Origin: Thermoanaerobaculia bacterium
GTDB taxonomy: Bacteria > Acidobacteriota > Thermoanaerobaculia > Gp7-AA8
Direction of reading: 5' to 3'
Assembly (NCBI GenBank): GCA_035569395.1
Contig: DATMNC010000088.1
Coordinates: 69,603 to 133,602 of the forward strand
DNA length: 64,000 bases
In this document: positions 46,674 through 55,062 of the stretch, one piece after another
Layout: each line of letters opens with the position of its first letter
Position numbering within the stretch: the stretch's first letter is position 1
The notes under the pieces: model-generated
Told to the model about the DNA's origin: nothing
What the model saw: the letters and a program-made list of their open reading frames with translations, nothing else
The model's database searches: none
Made by a program: the position numbers and the translations under genes

Positions 46674-47960
46674 ATGCGCCCCATTCTCGCAGCCATGGCT
46701 ATCGCGTTCGCGAGCCTCAGCCCCGCGTTCGCGCAGTCGCTTGTCTGCCCTCCGGTGGCCGCCGTCGCCGGCCGTCCCTGTGAGACATTCCACTATCACG
46801 TGCAGCTGTTCCGGCCGGATACACGCGAGTTCTTCGAGCTCTACGGAATCAACCAATTCGCATCGATGGGAGCCTGCGAACGCGCCCGCGACACCCAATT
46901 CAAACGTAATATGGCCGTCGTCGAGTTCATGCGCACGCAGCGTCGTGATTGGTGGCAGGCAGATAAATTCGGGCCGTGTCATTGCGACATGACCATCGAG
47001 CGGGCCAGCCCGAATGCGCTGACCGACGCCGCCCGGGCGCTGCAGGTTCATGACGCTGAAGAGATCCGCCAGCGCGTCCGCGAGCGCCTTCTGGACGCAA
47101 AGGCTCTGCCGGACAGCGAAGTCGTTCGCAATCTCGCACCGCCGCTCAGCACCACGCCACTGATCGGCGGACCAAAGCTCGTCCCGCTGCCGCCGCCGGC
47201 TGCGGTCACGACGGTCTCGAATTCTCCCGACGATCTGCGAATCACGAAGGCGGTCGACACGACGTCTCCGTCGATGACGTCTCTCGACCTTCCTCTGGTC
47301 GATGTCCCGCTGCCGGGTATCACAGCGCCTGCCGAGGTTGTTGCCCCGACACCGGCGGCAACCGTGCCGCAAGCTGCCGCTCCGGCACCAGCACCTGCGC
47401 CTGCACCCGCGCCCGAAACGCTGCCAGCACCGCGACCAGCGCCCACTCCTGTTCCCACGGAGCAGGTCGCGGTCCTCGCTGACGAGCCTGAGCTTCCTTC
47501 GCCGGAAGACGTTGCCGACGCCTTCGTCAGCTACGAATCGCAGCGCATCCAGAACGTGCTGAAAGTCAGCAGCAACATCGGCGACGAGTCGGTCAAGGCC
47601 CAGGTTCTCGACGCCTGTACGCAGCGGATCCAGCTTCTCTCGAATCTTCGATCGATCATCGTCGGCTCCGGCGCGAGGAGCCGCCTGGTGGCCGCCGCGA
47701 ACATGGCCAGGAAAGAGAACGAGCGGCTGGCTGTCGTGGCGAAGCTGTTTGGCAGCGATGTGCCGCCGCATTGGGCGCCCAAGGATGCCGCCGACGTAAT
47801 CTTCGATCCAGGCGTTACCGATGCCGAGCAGGTGTTGCGGGACAATCGCTCCTCCGAGCAACAGAAGCGGCACGCGCTCTATGCGCTGCTGGCGACGTCA
47901 TCGCCGACCGAGCAGCAGCAGTTGTGGCTGAACTCCGTGATCGAGGGACTGTTGAAATGA
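46674..47960 (+). CDS. Secreted hypothetical protein with Pro/Ala-rich linker
   Basis: Signal peptide MRPILAAMAIAFASLSPAFAQ and a central PAPAPAPAPAPETLPAPRPAPTPVP linker. No known domain recognised. Confidence 0.5.
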   Translation: MRPILAAMAIAFASLSPAFAQSLVCPPVAAVAGRPCETFHYHVQLFRPDTREFFELYGINQFASMGACERARDTQFKRNMAVVEFMRTQRRDWWQADKFGPCHCDMTIERASPNALTDAARALQVHDAEEIRQRVRERLLDAKALPDSEVVRNLAPPLSTTPLIGGPKLVPLPPPAAVTTVSNSPDDLRITKAVDTTSPSMTSLDLPLVDVPLPGITAPAEVVAPTPAATVPQAAAPAPAPAPAPAPETLPAPRPAPTPVPTEQVAVLADEPELPSPEDVADAFVSYESQRIQNVLKVSSNIGDESVKAQVLDACTQRIQLLSNLRSIIVGSGARSRLVAAANMARKENERLAVVAKLFGSDVPPHWAPKDAADVIFDPGVTDAEQVLRDNRSSEQQKRHALYALLATSSPTEQQQLWLNSVIEGLLK

Positions 47961-49672
47961 AAGCAGAAGGCAGAAGGCGGAAGGCAGAGGTGGGAATCGC
48001 GATCGCGGCTAACTTCTGCCTTCTGCTTTCCGCCGTCTGCCTTTCGGCGCAGACACCCGCACCGGCTCCGCAACCAGTCGCCGCCTCGGCGGCGATGCCG
48101 CCGAGCGAGGAATTCGTGAAGGCCGTCTACTTCGGAAAAAAGTTCGCCGACATGAAGGACTATGCCGCCGCCTATCAGCAGTTCGCGAAGGCGGATGCGC
48201 TGCAACCCGACGTGCAGGGTGTGCTCTACAACATGGGCGTGCTTCTGGCCCGCGCCGGCCGCTTTTCCGAGGCACAGGCGAAAGTCGATCGTTACAACCA
48301 GCTCTTTCCCGCAGGGGCGGAGAAGCCGCTCGTCACCAAGCTGCAGCTCGACCTGGAGTTCGAAAGCGAGTTGCAGAAGAAGAGGCAGGCGGACGAGGAG
48401 TACACCGCCATCTTCACGCGCGGCCGTTTTCTGTATGGCAAAGGCGATCTCGTCGCCGCGCTGAAGCTCTTTCAGGATGCCGAACAGCAGCGCCCCACCG
48501 ATCCGGCCGCCGTCTTCAACCAGGGGGTCGTCTACGAGAAGCTTGGCGATCTGACCAAGGCATCGGAGCGCTTTCATCGTTACGAGGAGCTGGAGCCCGA
48601 GGCGAACGCGAAGTCCTCCATCGACCAGCGCATCCTTGGCATCGAAAGCGAGATGTCGGACATGAAGACGAAGATCGTCTGCCCATTCTGCGGTTGGCGT
48701 CTGCCGATCGGAGCGATCTGGTGTCCTCACTGCTGGCACGGTCCATATCTCACGTCATCCTCGCTCTGGAATTCGCGCCCGTGTACCGACGGATCGACCG
48801 CGACGCGGGCGACGTACTACGCCGACAACCGTTTCGCGAAGAACGAATCGCTACCGTGTCTCTTCAACGGCACGATGATCGAAGCGCTCCGCTACACGCC
48901 GGCGCGGCAGCGGCAGGTGCAGGAGGCACGCAAAGCCGAGGGCTGGACGTACAGCGGAGATGTCATCCAGTCATGGCACGACCGGCAGGGCAACGAGATC
49001 CGCTACGTTCAGGGCGCCGACTATCTCGAAAAGATCGTTTCATCGAGCGGCGGCGACGTTCTCCTCTTCGCGGCGCACCGTGCGCCTGACGGCGCCATCT
49101 GGCTCCTCGATCGGGAAGACATGGTCATCGACGGGCAGAAGTACACCTCGCACTACGCGTTCGACACCCAGAACCGCATCGCCCAGCAAGAGGTCGTCTA
49201 TCAGAACGCCAACGGCTGCAACGACGTCATCTCCATGACCGCCGTGCCGATGTACGCGAGCGATCTCCTCATTGGAATGAAACTGCGCGGCGGCTATAGC
49301 GGCACCGTGGTTGAGGGATCGCCGCGCGTCGATTGGGAAGCGAATGTCGTCTACACCTACGACGCCGACGCGCGCCAGACGAAGGAAGAGCTGGCCCTCA
49401 GCTCGATGACGAAGACCTACACGGATAAGCCCTACGGCTTCGAGCGCCAGGAGATTGCGATGCTCTATCCGGACATGCGCGTCCGCAAGCCGATCGAGAA
49501 AGTCCTGAGCATGGGAGACCGCTGCGGCCTCGCCGGCACGACGGTCCTCAGCAACCCCGTCGATCTCCGCCCGATCTACGCCTTCTCTCCAAATCTGGCG
49601 ATCGCTCTCTCAAGCGGCGTCACCCGCGCGACGGTGAGCTTCACCTATCCGGATTCGTACAAGGTTCGCTAA
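47957..49672 (+). CDS. Secreted protein with N-terminal TPR-like repeats, an internal zinc-ribbon (CPFCGW...CPHCWHG) and an unknown C-terminal domain
   Basis: ATGA overlap with the upstream gene; signal peptide MKAEGRRRKAEVGIAIAANFCLLLSAVCLSAQ. Confidence 0.5.
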   Translation: MKAEGRRRKAEVGIAIAANFCLLLSAVCLSAQTPAPAPQPVAASAAMPPSEEFVKAVYFGKKFADMKDYAAAYQQFAKADALQPDVQGVLYNMGVLLARAGRFSEAQAKVDRYNQLFPAGAEKPLVTKLQLDLEFESELQKKRQADEEYTAIFTRGRFLYGKGDLVAALKLFQDAEQQRPTDPAAVFNQGVVYEKLGDLTKASERFHRYEELEPEANAKSSIDQRILGIESEMSDMKTKIVCPFCGWRLPIGAIWCPHCWHGPYLTSSSLWNSRPCTDGSTATRATYYADNRFAKNESLPCLFNGTMIEALRYTPARQRQVQEARKAEGWTYSGDVIQSWHDRQGNEIRYVQGADYLEKIVSSSGGDVLLFAAHRAPDGAIWLLDREDMVIDGQKYTSHYAFDTQNRIAQQEVVYQNANGCNDVISMTAVPMYASDLLIGMKLRGGYSGTVVEGSPRVDWEANVVYTYDADARQTKEELALSSMTKTYTDKPYGFERQEIAMLYPDMRVRKPIEKVLSMGDRCGLAGTTVLSNPVDLRPIYAFSPNLAIALSSGVTRATVSFTYPDSYKVR

Positions 49673-49685
49673 CGCGCGGTTATCA

Positions 49686-50399
49686 ATGACCTGGTATCGG
49701 GAATGGTTCGGCGAGGAGTACCTCGAGCTCTACGCGCATCGCGACGAGCATGAGGCTCGGCATCAGGTGGCGTTCTTCCGCGAGCGCTTTGGCGACGTCG
49801 ATGGCGTCATCCTCGACCTTGCCTGCGGTACAGGGCGTCATCTCACGGAGTTGAACGGCGAAGGGTTTGCCGCGGCCGGCTGCGATCTTTCCTTTACCCT
49901 TCTCCGCACCGGTATCGACGAATACGGTCCGCTGCCTGTGGCGCGCGCTGACATGCGCTCGCTTCCGTTCTGCAGCAATAGCTTCGGCGGACTGGTCAAC
50001 TTCTTCACGAGCTTCGGCTACTTCGCCACGGAGGAGGAGAACCTTGATGTCGTGCGCGAGATGGCGCGTGTGCTGCGTCCCGGCGGCGTTTTCCTCTTCG
50101 ACTATCTCAATGTCGATCGGGAGCTCGACAAGCTCGTGGAGCGCGAGGCGCTGGAAACGCCTCGCGGTCGCGTGGAGATCGAGCGGTGGTTCGATCCACG
50201 TGACCGTTCGTTCAACAAACGGATCACGATCGGTCAAAAACGTTTTCTGGAGCGCGTTCGCGGATACGATCTCAACGAGATCTCGACGATGTTCAACTCT
50301 TCCGGCCTTTCGATCGACCAAGCGTTCGGCGACTTTCAGGGGGCACCCTTCGACGTTGCCTCACCGCGCCTCATCCTCGTCGGGAGCCGGACACGATGA
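49686..50399 (+). CDS. Class I SAM-dependent methyltransferase (Methyltransf_11-like); candidate bacillithiol N-methyltransferase
   Basis: VILDLACGTGRH motif I, then LRPGGVFLFD. Its stop overlaps the bshC start by 4 bp. Confidence 0.75.
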   Translation: MTWYREWFGEEYLELYAHRDEHEARHQVAFFRERFGDVDGVILDLACGTGRHLTELNGEGFAAAGCDLSFTLLRTGIDEYGPLPVARADMRSLPFCSNSFGGLVNFFTSFGYFATEEENLDVVREMARVLRPGGVFLFDYLNVDRELDKLVEREALETPRGRVEIERWFDPRDRSFNKRITIGQKRFLERVRGYDLNEISTMFNSSGLSIDQAFGDFQGAPFDVASPRLILVGSRTR

Positions 50400-51922
50400 C
50401 CAGCGTCACATCCGAGGCCGCCTGTCTGCGCATTCCGCTTGCGACCTACGGCCTGAACCGATTCACGCTCGACTGGATCGCAGGCGATCCCAATGCAACG
50501 CAGTTCCTTCCACGCAACAACGAAGCGCGGACTCTCCGCCCGGACCCCCACGACAATTCTCTCGCGGATGCCCTGATCGCCTCGAATCACCAATGGGGCC
50601 GCGACGTCGTTGATGAAGTTCGCCGCTGGTCGCGTGGCGAGACGTTCACGGTCATCGCCGGACAACAGGTTGGCTTCGCCGGAGGGCCGATTTACACACT
50701 GGCCAAGCTGGCGGGCATGCTGAAGCTGAAGCGCGACAACGAAGCGCGAGGCATCCCGACGACGGTTTTCTTTTGGCTGGCCACGGAAGACCACGACTTC
50801 GCCGAGGTGGCCACGCTGGCGCTGCCGAAGCGCGATGCCAAACAGCAGCTTGATCTCACGACTTTCCTCGACCGGCGCCCCGGTTCGAAGATGGCCGTTG
50901 GCGCTCTGCCAATCCCCGAGGAGCTGACACACGCGCTCATCGAATACCTCAGCATCCCGCGTCCAAACTGGCTGCGCGAGGGGATCACGTTTCGTGATTC
51001 GTTCGCGGAGTTGATCACGGCCGCGGTGGATGGGAAGTTCATCCTGGTCGACGCCCTCCTTCCGGAGCTGCGCCGCGCAGGAGCGCCATTGTTCGACAGC
51101 ATCCTCACGAACTGGGACGGCATCCAGCGCGAGCTCGATCTCCGAGCGGCTTCGCTGATGAGCGCCGGTTACGAGCCGCAGGTCGTTCCGCGTCCGGGCG
51201 AGCCGCATACCTTGCTGTTCGAGCTCGACGAGCAGGGACGCCGACACCTGATCGAGACCCCGCGGCCGCTGGCATCACCGGAACGAACGTCGACGTCGGC
51301 GCTGACGCGCCCGCTGCTCCAGGATTTCGTGCTCCGGCCCGACCTCTTTGTCGGCGGTCCCTCCGAGGTCGCGTATTACGCGCAGATCGCGCCGCTCCAC
51401 GATCTCCTCGGCGTTGCCATGCCGCGCGTGGCGCTGCGAGCACACGAGATGCTCGCGCCGAAGCGCGTCGTGCGAACCGTAAGCCGCTACGACATCAAGC
51501 CGGAGGAGATCTTCGCCGGCACCGACGCGCTGCTGGCTACGCGCGAGCCGGCAGGCGTCGCCGAGGTACAGACGATTGCCGGGAACGCACGCCGGGAGTT
51601 GACGGAACAGATCACCAGCATCGGCGAGCTTGCACTCCCCGCCGAGCATGCGTTGGCGCGCGCCATCAATCGCTCGATCGGCCATATCGAATACCACTTC
51701 GAGAAACTGACCGCGCGCGCCATCCGCGGATTGGTCCGTAAGGACCGCGAGCGCTACGCAGCCGTCCGCGAGCTCGTCTCCACGCTGGTCCCCGACGGCT
51801 CGCCCCAGGATCGCGTGACCGGCTGGTTCGGATATTGGCAGGAGTATGGACAACATCTCATCGATCGCATGATCGAGGAAGCGGAGCAGGATGAGGATGT
51901 GTGCAAGGTGGTGAGCTTGTGA
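50396..51922 (+). CDS. bshC: Putative bacillithiol biosynthesis cysteine-adding enzyme BshC
   Basis: 508 aa, no signal peptide or TM. Translationally coupled to bshB and bshA downstream. The family call rests mainly on context, not motif certainty. Confidence 0.5.
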   Translation: MTSVTSEAACLRIPLATYGLNRFTLDWIAGDPNATQFLPRNNEARTLRPDPHDNSLADALIASNHQWGRDVVDEVRRWSRGETFTVIAGQQVGFAGGPIYTLAKLAGMLKLKRDNEARGIPTTVFFWLATEDHDFAEVATLALPKRDAKQQLDLTTFLDRRPGSKMAVGALPIPEELTHALIEYLSIPRPNWLREGITFRDSFAELITAAVDGKFILVDALLPELRRAGAPLFDSILTNWDGIQRELDLRAASLMSAGYEPQVVPRPGEPHTLLFELDEQGRRHLIETPRPLASPERTSTSALTRPLLQDFVLRPDLFVGGPSEVAYYAQIAPLHDLLGVAMPRVALRAHEMLAPKRVVRTVSRYDIKPEEIFAGTDALLATREPAGVAEVQTIAGNARRELTEQITSIGELALPAEHALARAINRSIGHIEYHFEKLTARAIRGLVRKDRERYAAVRELVSTLVPDGSPQDRVTGWFGYWQEYGQHLIDRMIEEAEQDEDVCKVVSL

Positions 51923-52650
51923 TCGCGGGACTGGAACCGGTCGACCTGATTTTCTTCGGCGCGCATCCCGATGACATCGAGCTGTCGTGCGGTGGCACAA
52001 TCGTGAAGGCGGTCAAAGACGGCCTGCGCGTAGGAATCATCGAACTGACGCGCGGCGAGCTGGGGACTCGGGGCACGCCGAAGGTCCGGCGCCGCGAGGC
52101 GCTCAAAGCCGCGGGCATCCTGGGGGCGCGTTTCCGCGTGCAGCTCGACTTCGGTGATGGCAACATGCGTACGGGCCGCGAGGAGGAACTGCAGCTCATC
52201 GAGATCGTCCGCCGTTGCCGTCCTCATCTCGTCTTCAGCATGTGGCCCGATGACCGGCATCCCGATCACATCCGTACGGGCAAGCTGGTGACGGAAGCGT
52301 CGTTTTACTCCGGTTTGCGGGCGCTCGAGACCGGGCTGCCGGCCCACCGGCCGCAGGCGACAATCTATTACCCGCAGAACTATCTCGTGACACCGAGTTT
52401 TGTCGTCGACGTGACAAAAACGTGGAAGACGAAAATGCGCGCCATCGCCGCGTTCAAGTCGCAGTTCTACGATCCGAAGTCGAAAGAGCCGCCGACGTTC
52501 ATCGCGGACAAGAAGTTCCTCGAGATGATCGAAGCGCGCGGTCGTCACTTCGGCGCCCTGATCGGCGTCGAGTACGGCGAAGCCTTCATGACCAAACAGC
52601 CGCCGAAGGTCGACGACATGATCGCGGCGTATAGCGGGAGAGAGCCTTGA
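51901..52650 (+). CDS. bshB: N-acetyl-alpha-D-glucosaminyl L-malate deacetylase (PIG-L/LmbE family)
   Basis: LIFFGAHPDDIELSCGGTI zinc-site motif; HPDH second motif. A GTG at 51919 is an alternative start. Confidence 0.75.
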   Translation: MQGGELVIAGLEPVDLIFFGAHPDDIELSCGGTIVKAVKDGLRVGIIELTRGELGTRGTPKVRRREALKAAGILGARFRVQLDFGDGNMRTGREEELQLIEIVRRCRPHLVFSMWPDDRHPDHIRTGKLVTEASFYSGLRALETGLPAHRPQATIYYPQNYLVTPSFVVDVTKTWKTKMRAIAAFKSQFYDPKSKEPPTFIADKKFLEMIEARGRHFGALIGVEYGEAFMTKQPPKVDDMIAAYSGREP

Positions 52651-52725
52651 AGGAGGTTGCTGGGTTGCTGAGTTGCTAGGTTGCTCAGCAACCCAGCGAC
52701 CTGGCAACCTAGCAACTTAGCAACC
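52651..52725. repeat. Family-1 hairpin (GGTTGCTGGGTTGCTGAGTTGCTAGGTTGCTCAGCAACCCAGCGACCTGGCAACCTAGCAACTTAGCAACC)
   Basis: GTTGCT/AGCAAC inverted arms fill the bshB-bshA gap. Confidence 0.7.
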
Positions 52726-53844
52726 ATGAGAATCGGCATCACCTGCTACCCCACCTTCGGCGGCTCCGGCGTCGTGGCCACGGAGCTCGGTGTCGCGCTT
52801 GCGCGCGCCGGGGACGATGTTCATTTCATCAGTTACGCGATGCCGTCACGACTCAATGTCCTGCACGAACGCGTCCGTTTTCACGAGGTTACCGTTACGC
52901 CGTATCCACTCTTCGATCCGTATCCGCCGTACACACTGGCGCTGGCAACGAAGATGGCCGAGGTGGCTGTATACGAGAAGCTCGACATCCTCCACGTCCA
53001 CTACGCCATCCCGCACGCCATCAGCGCCCATCTGGCGCGCGAGATCGTCGGATCGAAGGACCTTCGGTTCATCACGACACTCCATGGCACCGACATCACT
53101 CTCGTCGGACGCGATCCCAGCTATCTGCCGATCACCAGGTTCGGCATCGAAGTCTCTGACGGCGTGACGGCGGTGTCGCAGTGGCTGCGCGACGAGACGG
53201 CGAAGAACTTCGCGACCAAGAAAGAGATCGACGTCATTCCCAACTTCGTCGACCCCACGCGCTTTCGCAAGCACCAAAGCCCCCTCTCGAATCTGTTTTT
53301 CTCATCCGGCGAAAAGCTGCTCTGCCATGTGTCGAACTTCCGGCCGGTGAAGCGGATCATGGACGTGCTTGCGGTTTTCGAACGCGTGTCACGCGTGGTG
53401 CCGAGCCGCCTGGTCATGATCGGCGACGGTCCCGATCGCTCCGTCGCTGAGGCCTTCTGCCGCGACCACCACCTGCGCGAGCAGGTCTTTTTCCTCGGCA
53501 ACGTCCCGAACCTCGAGGAAGTCGTCGGCGCCGCCGATGTCTTCCTCCTCCCTTCCGATGCCGAATCCTTCGGCATGTCCGCCCTCGAGGCGATGGCCTC
53601 GGAAGTCCCCGTCATCGGTACCCGTGCCGGCGGATTGCCCGAAGTCGTCGTCGAAGGAGAAACCGGCTACCTTCTGCCGGTCGGCGACGTAGAAGGGATG
53701 GCCGAGCGCGCGATCGAAATCCTCTCAAACCCCGACCTCCAACGCCGCCTCGGCCGAAACGGACGTGACCTCGCGGAGGGGAAGTTCAACGTGAATCGGG
53801 TGGTACCGAAGTATCGGGAGTTCTACGAGAGGGTGATTGGATAG
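52726..53844 (+). CDS. bshA: N-acetyl-alpha-D-glucosaminyl L-malate synthase (GT4)
   Basis: MRIGITCYPTFGGSGVVATELG N-terminus is characteristic of BshA; C-terminal GT4 E-X7-E region (SFGMSALEAMASEVPVIGT). Confidence 0.8.
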   Translation: MRIGITCYPTFGGSGVVATELGVALARAGDDVHFISYAMPSRLNVLHERVRFHEVTVTPYPLFDPYPPYTLALATKMAEVAVYEKLDILHVHYAIPHAISAHLAREIVGSKDLRFITTLHGTDITLVGRDPSYLPITRFGIEVSDGVTAVSQWLRDETAKNFATKKEIDVIPNFVDPTRFRKHQSPLSNLFFSSGEKLLCHVSNFRPVKRIMDVLAVFERVSRVVPSRLVMIGDGPDRSVAEAFCRDHHLREQVFFLGNVPNLEEVVGAADVFLLPSDAESFGMSALEAMASEVPVIGTRAGGLPEVVVEGETGYLLPVGDVEGMAERAIEILSNPDLQRRLGRNGRDLAEGKFNVNRVVPKYREFYERVIG

Positions 53845-53888
53845 GTGGGAACGACCAATGGCGCCGCAGGGTTAGAATAGACACGATC

Positions 53889-54104
53889 ATGTCCGGCAAA
53901 GTCATCATCACCACTCCGTTTCCGACTCCTGAGCAGGTGGCTGCGTATTACAAAATTCCTGCGAAGCGTGTTGCCGAGCTGCGGCAAATGATGGATGACA
54001 TTCGCGCGGAGGAAGCGTCGAAGGGAAACCGCAAGAAGAACGGCCGGCAAGGCTCTAGCAGAAAATCTTCGGCTCGGCGCAAAGTCACCAGCTCAAAGCG
54101 GTGA
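53889..54104 (+). CDS. Small hypothetical protein with basic C-terminus
   Basis: 71-aa ORF with acceptable codon bias. No homolog recognised. Confidence 0.3.
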   Translation: MSGKVIITTPFPTPEQVAAYYKIPAKRVAELRQMMDDIRAEEASKGNRKKNGRQGSSRKSSARRKVTSSKR

Positions 54105-54487
54105 AGTCGTACAACGGTGGCCGCAGCAACACCGGAGCCGCCGATCGCCTTCATCAACGTTCCCTATTCAAAACGATACGAGTGCGTATACCTCGCCTTC
54201 ATCGCGGGCGTTTCAGCGTACGGACTCGTTCCTGCGGCAGCTGTTCGCGATCCATCGAGCCGCTTTCAACTCGAACGTATCTACGAGCTGATCGCGGCGG
54301 CGAAGTATTCATTTCACGACCTCTCATCTACTCACTCGATCTCTTCGACACGAAGCCGTTCGCCGAATTGATGTTTGTCGCCAGCGAAGCATCACGGCGC
54401 TACCTGCCATCGCTCGCCCAGTAGCCTGCTCGGCTCAGGCTGAAAATCCCGCCGCTTGCACTCGTGGCAAAGGAGTGACTACGAGTT

Positions 54488-54937
54488 TCACGATTCCTCC
54501 CTCGCCAACGTCCCCGAGAAAATCGCTTGAGGAGCTCGCTTGAGAATCTCGTTCCTGGCGATGGCATAGCCGAGAATAGCGTCCACCAGCATCCGCCGTC
54601 CGTCGTGGGAGAAGAGGATCAGCACCTTTCGCTTGATCTCGCGGACCTCGACGATGTCTTCCCATCGCATCCATTTGCCGCGACGGCCGAACTGCTTCAG
54701 AACCCAGTTCTCGTACATCAGGCCGTCGTCGCTTAAGTAGATGTGATCGCCGTACTGCACGGCGGCAGCGGCGAGCGTGCCGAGGAAAAGAAGAATGAGC
54801 GCTACGATGGGCAGCGCCTCGATCTCTTTTTCACCTTTCGAGAGGTAGTCAAACAACAGCGCCGCCGAAGCAAACGAAGCCGCGCAGGAGATCAGCCGCG
54901 CCACCGGTGTGCGGTCGAATTTGAGGATGCGTGACAT
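54488..54937 (-). CDS. Membrane protein with bacterial PH-like (YdbT/DUF304-like) domain
   Basis: Two TM helices then a soluble domain (WMRWEDIVEVREIKRKVLILFSHDGRRM). Start placed at MSRILKFDR. Confidence 0.45.
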   Translation of the reverse strand: MSRILKFDRTPVARLISCAASFASAALLFDYLSKGEKEIEALPIVALILLFLGTLAAAAVQYGDHIYLSDDGLMYENWVLKQFGRRGKWMRWEDIVEVREIKRKVLILFSHDGRRMLVDAILGYAIARNEILKRAPQAIFSGTLAREES

Positions 54938-55062
54938 GGGGGAAGTATAGGTTTCGCGGTCTCGGGTTGGGGTTTCAGGGTTGCCAACCTTGCAACCTTG
55001 CAACCAGCACCGCAACACACCGAGCGACCCCGACCCGCAACCTCGATTACAATCCCCGCCCC
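54938..55062. repeat. Family-1 hairpin (GGTTTCGCGGTCTCGGGTTGGGGTTTCAGGGTTGCCAACCTTGCAACC...CCCGACCCGCAACC)
   Basis: GGTTGC-core inverted arms in the divergent gap upstream of proS. Confidence 0.6.
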
